This document shows positions 58,927 to 64,000 of a stretch of DNA of 64,000 nucleotides, piece after piece. The stretch covers positions 32,001-96,000 of the forward strand of contig OZ251518.1 of NCBI GenBank assembly GCA_965242965.1, read 5' to 3'. Origin of the DNA: Candidatus Poribacteria bacterium. GTDB taxonomy: Bacteria; Poribacteria; WGA-4E; WGA-3G. Under the pieces are notes generated by a model, which worked only from the letters and a program-made list of their open reading frames with translations, had not been told where the DNA came from and made no database searches. The stretch's first letter is position 1. Each line of letters begins with the position of its first letter. Both the position numbers and the translations under genes were made by a program.

Positions 58927-59913
58927 ATGTTCAATCAACTAGCGGAAGTGGTGCTAAAAACTGGGGAACGGATGGAAGTGGGTGTGATTACCGCGCCCGA
59001 TGCCCCACATGCGGCGGAAATGAAGGCGTTTCTCGGACATAAACCGGGGAACTATAAATGGCATATTGAACGCTGCGTGACTGAATCGCTGGACGCGTTG
59101 GAAACGCGGTTCTATGTCGGGAAACTTGATGGAAACGTGATTACTAATATCATGACGGTGGAGCATGAAGGAATTGGGATTTTAGGGCACGTCTTCACCT
59201 TACCGGAGCAGCGGCGGAAAGGGGCGTGTAAAGGCGTGATGGCACACCAGATGGAAGATTTTCGGCAACGTGGCGGCCGCGCGCTCTACCTCGGCACGGG
59301 ATACAACAGCGCGCCGTATCATATCTACCACAGCTTCGGGTTCAAGAGTGTCTTTCCGGCATCCGGGTTTATGCACTATTTTGTCAGCGCTGATTTTGCG
59401 GAACACTACTTCGCACCGGCACTCGCAAAGCCGAAGTCGGTTGAATGGCACGATTGGCCGAAAGTTACGGCTCTCTCGGCGATTGTTGGCGGGGACACGC
59501 TTCGGAGTTTGACATGGGGTGTTTACGGGCCCACGAACCTTGAGGGCGGATTTCTGGCTTTCAAACACGATTTGGAGACAGCGGATACCTACGCCGATGC
59601 CAAGTTGCTCGTCGCGCAGAACGGGGCAATCGTCGGTTGGGCGACGGTGATTTGGGATGCGCGCTGGCGCGGCACGTCTGCCGTGCTAGACATTTTCTTC
59701 CATCCCAATTTTGCCGATGCTGTTCCTACACTGCTTTCTGCTTTGACGTTTCCTGATGCGAAAGTTCAGTGTTACGTTGACGAGGATGCAACAGTGAAGG
59801 CAGATATTTTGACATCGGCTGGGTTTGATTGCGAGGCGCGTTTGAAGCAACAGTTTGCGTATAACGCGCGGCGTTATGACGTTTTGGTGTTCGGTAGTTC
59901 GGAAGGCGTTTAA
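58927..59913 (+). CDS. GNAT family N-acetyltransferase
   Basis: V.TLPEQRRKG motif A; LYL.T....YH.FGF. Confidence 0.85.
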   Translation: MFNQLAEVVLKTGERMEVGVITAPDAPHAAEMKAFLGHKPGNYKWHIERCVTESLDALETRFYVGKLDGNVITNIMTVEHEGIGILGHVFTLPEQRRKGACKGVMAHQMEDFRQRGGRALYLGTGYNSAPYHIYHSFGFKSVFPASGFMHYFVSADFAEHYFAPALAKPKSVEWHDWPKVTALSAIVGGDTLRSLTWGVYGPTNLEGGFLAFKHDLETADTYADAKLLVAQNGAIVGWATVIWDARWRGTSAVLDIFFHPNFADAVPTLLSALTFPDAKVQCYVDEDATVKADILTSAGFDCEARLKQQFAYNARRYDVLVFGSSEGV

Positions 59914-60230
59914 TAAGCGTTTCTCGGTATTTATGAATACCGCGCCTTCTTGGTAGGAGAGACCTCCTGGTCTCGATGCTGCCAGACGTTAGGTGCTCGC
60001 AAACTCGAGTGGTGGGCATCTCCTACCGGCAGACATCGGCCCCCTGTAGTTCGGGATCGCCTGATCCCGAACGGTTCAGGATCAGGCGATCCTGAACTAC
60101 AAGGGGGATGCGCTTTGACAGCAAGACGCATGGCGAGGGACAGGCCCTCGCCCTACGTGAAGGGGCGGCGTTTTTTCATCGTAGCGCGGGGCATGTCCCC
60201 GCGCCGTTGAGCCATTTATGAAACACGCTC
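59902..60230. mobile_element. MITE-like element; degenerate left TIR overlaps the GNAT stop
   Basis: GAAGGCGTTTAATAA...TTATGAAACACGCTC; internal modules as in 41521-41786. Confidence 0.68.
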
Positions 60231-60232
60231 AA

Positions 60233-63200
60233 TTATTTTACAACGACAATTTTGCCAACTTTATTCCGGCGCGTTTCGCCTTGGCGCGCGGTGAATTTAT
60301 AGAGATACACACCGTTCGCAAGCGGTTCACCATCGGCATCCAACCCATCGTAGTGGAATTCGTTGTAGGAGACAGCCGCGTCAAGTGTGTCAATCGCTGT
60401 GATGAGGCGGCCGGTGAGGGTATAAATTTTTAGCGTTACCTCGTCCGCGCTCTCTGTCAGGTAATAGGCGAAATCGGTGCCGCGCCCGGGCGTAAACGGG
60501 TTCGGGAAATTCGCAATGTTCTTAATCTCAAACTCTCCTGCGACGGTGGCTGTCCTGCCTGTGGATGCCGGGTTCCCATTTGCATCCTGCGCTTGCAACC
60601 GAATGGCATATTCACCCGCCTCTAAAATGGGCGTATAGGTTATCAACAGCACATTGCTATTGACAGGCGAAGCGGCGATGACATATTCGTCTTGCGGCAC
60701 GCGCTCGCTGTTTTTGGTGAGGACGATGTTCTCCGGACGCGTGTCAACGCCGTTGGCATCCTCAATCCGTGCAGAAATCGTGGGCGTATCGGAAATATAA
60801 TCGCCATCAATGAAGCCTTGGTTTTCAACAGTCAACTCCAGCGAAGGTGGACGTGAATCGGCGTGGGACAGCAGCGCGAAGGTGCCGGGCAACTCAACTT
60901 GGGTTGAGAGTGTCTCTTCGCTGCGCGTTTCATCGCCAATGCGAATCCAATTCCCAGTCCTCTCGTCCAGCATATAGATGTGGTGAATATCTGTCACCGA
61001 CGATGCCTCGGAAAAATGGAATGTAGCAGTCGCCGCAAATCCGTTCTGCGCGTCTAAACCGAGTTGATAAGCCATAGGGGCTGCTGAAGCAGGAACGATA
61101 TCGGGTTGATTGGTAATCGTCACCTCTTTCCGGTCAAGCGTCATAAGCGTCGGTGTTTGAATGCTGCCTGGCGTAAGTGAGAGCCGCAACGTGCCATCGC
61201 CACTCACGATTTCCCGCTGCTCCGGCGTGAGCAGAATCCAATTGCTAGAGAACCTTCGGGTGGCGGTGTTATTCCGCTCTCTGCGTTCAATGATAACCCC
61301 TTTTGGCAGTTCTGCCGATGGCATGTCCACAACTACCGTGACGAGATAATTGCCGGGGGCGGGTTGCCACCGCACACTCGCCTCCACTTCACCACCCGGC
61401 GGCACTTCTGCCAACATCTGAACTGCACCAATCGGTGTGGCGTTTTGGAGATCTTCTTCAAGGAGCACTGTCTCTTCAGTCTCCTCCGTTGCTGTTGTTT
61501 GGAGAAATTGGACCGGGACGTTTCGCACAAGCGCAGAACCGAAGTTCACAATCTTCGCCGAAAGCGTGAAGGGGGATGCGTCATCAACATCTGAACTTGC
61601 CCAGACGATGGTTTGCTCTAAAACACTCAAATCTACGTTGCGCTCACCAAACTCATAACTCTCTATCTCGGTTTGGAGGCTCCGGCCGTTCTGCAGCGTG
61701 ACTTCTAGATAGTAATCAATTAACTCCCGTTCCGGATAGCCGGGAATGGGCTGCTCGGTGCGATAGGTTGCACCCCTGTGCCGCACGACAGGAATTGTCT
61801 CAAATTCCAGTCCGTCTAAACTCCAAAACAGCGTCAGCGAATCAAGCGCGTTCTCGTCTTTTACCTCGCCGTAAAAATGCACGGGCTGGTTGGGTTCAAC
61901 TGGGTAAGGCGAGATGCGGATGTCAGTAATGTATCGCTCAAGCGCAGTATAACTGACAGAACCGACGGTATCTTCCTCCGCATTCCACGCGTAAGCGCGC
62001 ACGTCGCCCTCATCAAATTGGCTATTTGCGGGGAGAGATACGGCTACAGCGAACTTGCCATTGACAACAGAAACTGTCTCTTGCTCCGGTGGCGCGACAG
62101 GGAGTTCATTGCCACGTGGGATTGCTGTTGGAACAACGGTAACTTCAGCCTGTCCGTCAAAATTGCGGTTGGATAGCGTGCCGGTCACGGATACCGAATC
62201 CTCGCCTACATCGGCGGTTACTGCAATCTGGGGGAACGGTAACCGGAGCCGAGTCGCCGGATCTCCGAAGAGGGTGAAGACTTCCGCTAAGTCGAAATAG
62301 TGCGGCGCGTTAATGACAAATTGGGTTTTCGCCTGCGCAAGAATGGCACCGAGGTGCCTTACCGGTGTCGATTCCGCAAAAATCGCATCAAAAATCTCTC
62401 TGTTAAGCACGTAGTCGCCCTCAAGCAGCCCGATGCTAGTCCCGCCGATGACTGCAATTGCCCCACCATTCTGCGAACGGAGCAGCTCCTCGGCGAGGCA
62501 GCTCTGATTGCCATCAAAAAAGCCGGTGAAGCACGTCATGCTGATAACAAAGGGGAGTTGTTCAATATTGGTGAGGTTCTGCTCGGGGTCCTCCAGGTCT
62601 AACATGCGGCTCGATGCCCAGATACCGCCGCCACCGTGTCCGATGTAGTTGACGAGGATGGCACCGTCGTTGAATCCATCAATCACTTGTGTTGCGATGG
62701 GCGAACGGACGCGCTCGTCGAAGGCTTGCCCCTCGTTCGTCGGCGCGAAGATGTCCTTCACTTCATAAGTCGCCGCGAGATTGTTTCTGCCGATGAGCCA
62801 ATTGGTTTGGGTATGAAATATCCATTCCGTGCCAGCGAGCATGAGGAGCCGTTTTTGCCACGGCCCGATTTCCGCTTGTGTCTCATAATTGATGGCTCGC
62901 TCAACGAATACCCGCGCATCCACCCGATTCCTCGCCGGCATTCTGCCGATGAACATGTCAGGAAAATTGTCATCCCCGCGGAAGGTGACGAACTGATGGT
63001 CTGACGCTGTTGCACCGTATCCCGGAATCTGCACTTGTATGGTGGGGACAAAACTGAGTTCGTTCTTCAAGTCAACGTGCGTGTCGCCGACGAGTAGGAC
63101 ATAGGTCGGCGCGGGCGGCTGCCAGTTTTCGTAGGCATATTTCAGGAATTCGCGAATCGCATACGGATTAAGGATGCCGTGACTAAACTCATCGTAAATA

Positions 63201-64000
63201 TTTTGGATATTGACAACCTTTGTCCGCAAGTTACCGTGTTGCGCCCGGAAATCGGCAAGGGGTTGCACGTCCGGCAGGAAAGGCGTATCGGTGATGATGA
63301 TGTAATCCGCGCCGTTGTGCATGCCGCGCAACTCGGATGGGGATGCTTCAACGATTTGCGGTTTACGGAATTTCTCTCGCGTCAGCGCGATGTATTGCGT
63401 GTCGGTATCTTGCGCATTCCGTGAGACGAGTGTGTCCCGGAAGATGACGCGGTAGGTGCCCGTTTCTTCATCAAGAAGCGGATTTAACCCGACATACCGG
63501 GAGCCGTCAACGCCATAAATTTCAATGTCGCGCTCCGAGAAATTGTTCAATTGCACCTCAAAATTCGGGTTCACGGTGCCGGTTTCGTCGGCGAAAGGTG
63601 TGATGGAGAATCGAAGGATGTCCTTTTCTACGTCAAACGTCCGCCAATAATCGACTTCAAACCAGTTCACCATCACGATGTCCAAGAGGGTGCTCGGGAG
63701 AAGCGCGCGGAGGGAATTGTTCCCGTTTTTGAGATAGGACTGCAAAAGTGCAGTATCCTCAAATTGATACTCCGTCTCCCCCTCCCACCGCAATTGTTCA
63801 AAATTGAGTGTGTCGTTCAGCCACAAGCCAATACGGTGTTCCGTGTCCGATCTTCCGTAGAAACTCACTCTCAGCGTTGCAAACCGGTCCGTCCCTGCAA
63901 CCCCCGCGAGTGTGAAGCCCAAAGCGACAGAACGCCTCGGTTCACTTTTTTCGGTTTTGAGCGTGGGTAGCGATTGCCAGAACCAACTGTCATTAGGCAG
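60233..64000 (-). CDS. C25 family cysteine peptidase (gingipain/PorU-like) with CARDB-like and FlgD/T9SS-like C-terminal domains; 5' end outside the window
   Basis: ADYIII, IYDEF, YVLLVGD, IGR.P, NYIGHG (His), MTC (Cys), LFGDP; C-terminal NFPNPF...NGVYLY; frame is open to the window edge. Confidence 0.88.
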   Translation of the reverse strand: MPNDSWFWQSLPTLKTEKSEPRRSVALGFTLAGVAGTDRFATLRVSFYGRSDTEHRIGLWLNDTLNFEQLRWEGETEYQFEDTALLQSYLKNGNNSLRALLPSTLLDIVMVNWFEVDYWRTFDVEKDILRFSITPFADETGTVNPNFEVQLNNFSERDIEIYGVDGSRYVGLNPLLDEETGTYRVIFRDTLVSRNAQDTDTQYIALTREKFRKPQIVEASPSELRGMHNGADYIIITDTPFLPDVQPLADFRAQHGNLRTKVVNIQNIYDEFSHGILNPYAIREFLKYAYENWQPPAPTYVLLVGDTHVDLKNELSFVPTIQVQIPGYGATASDHQFVTFRGDDNFPDMFIGRMPARNRVDARVFVERAINYETQAEIGPWQKRLLMLAGTEWIFHTQTNWLIGRNNLAATYEVKDIFAPTNEGQAFDERVRSPIATQVIDGFNDGAILVNYIGHGGGGIWASSRMLDLEDPEQNLTNIEQLPFVISMTCFTGFFDGNQSCLAEELLRSQNGGAIAVIGGTSIGLLEGDYVLNREIFDAIFAESTPVRHLGAILAQAKTQFVINAPHYFDLAEVFTLFGDPATRLRLPFPQIAVTADVGEDSVSVTGTLSNRNFDGQAEVTVVPTAIPRGNELPVAPPEQETVSVVNGKFAVAVSLPANSQFDEGDVRAYAWNAEEDTVGSVSYTALERYITDIRISPYPVEPNQPVHFYGEVKDENALDSLTLFWSLDGLEFETIPVVRHRGATYRTEQPIPGYPERELIDYYLEVTLQNGRSLQTEIESYEFGERNVDLSVLEQTIVWASSDVDDASPFTLSAKIVNFGSALVRNVPVQFLQTTATEETEETVLLEEDLQNATPIGAVQMLAEVPPGGEVEASVRWQPAPGNYLVTVVVDMPSAELPKGVIIERRERNNTATRRFSSNWILLTPEQREIVSGDGTLRLSLTPGSIQTPTLMTLDRKEVTITNQPDIVPASAAPMAYQLGLDAQNGFAATATFHFSEASSVTDIHHIYMLDERTGNWIRIGDETRSEETLSTQVELPGTFALLSHADSRPPSLELTVENQGFIDGDYISDTPTISARIEDANGVDTRPENIVLTKNSERVPQDEYVIAASPVNSNVLLITYTPILEAGEYAIRLQAQDANGNPASTGRTATVAGEFEIKNIANFPNPFTPGRGTDFAYYLTESADEVTLKIYTLTGRLITAIDTLDAAVSYNEFHYDGLDADGEPLANGVYLYKFTARQGETRRNKVGKIVVVK

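Overview
Bacterial window with about 38 credible protein genes. The WD40, dockerin and 'NYPNPFNPETWIPY' C-terminal-domain proteins suggest a sponge symbiont such as Ca. Poribacteria; this is an inference. Housekeeping genes include a GH32, yjbQ, queE, a selenocysteine-containing selD, pyrE, ymdB-xseA-xseB-dxs-tlyA, tamB/tamA-like genes, a nucleoside-type ABC transporter, ndk and a C25 peptidase. Most of the larger intergenic gaps are filled by modular GTAG-type palindromic (REP-like) repeats. Main observations: (1) non-autonomous elements bounded by a GAGGGTGTTTCATA terminal inverted repeat with 8-13 bp target duplications, one of which (22311-25212) encloses an ankyrin/metallopeptidase/dockerin gene with its own promoter; (2) a type II Zorya (zorA-zorB-zorE) between two paralogous thermonuclease-fold genes whose catalytic residues are substituted, with a ~79-aa insertion in ZorB; (3) about a dozen in-frame repeat insertions or repeat-donated stop codons in protein genes; (4) three sigma70 promoters at an exact 73-bp period driving a long structured leader; (5) an unannotated domain inserted in both TamB and TamA. 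No rRNA, tRNA, CRISPR array or transposase gene was recognised.
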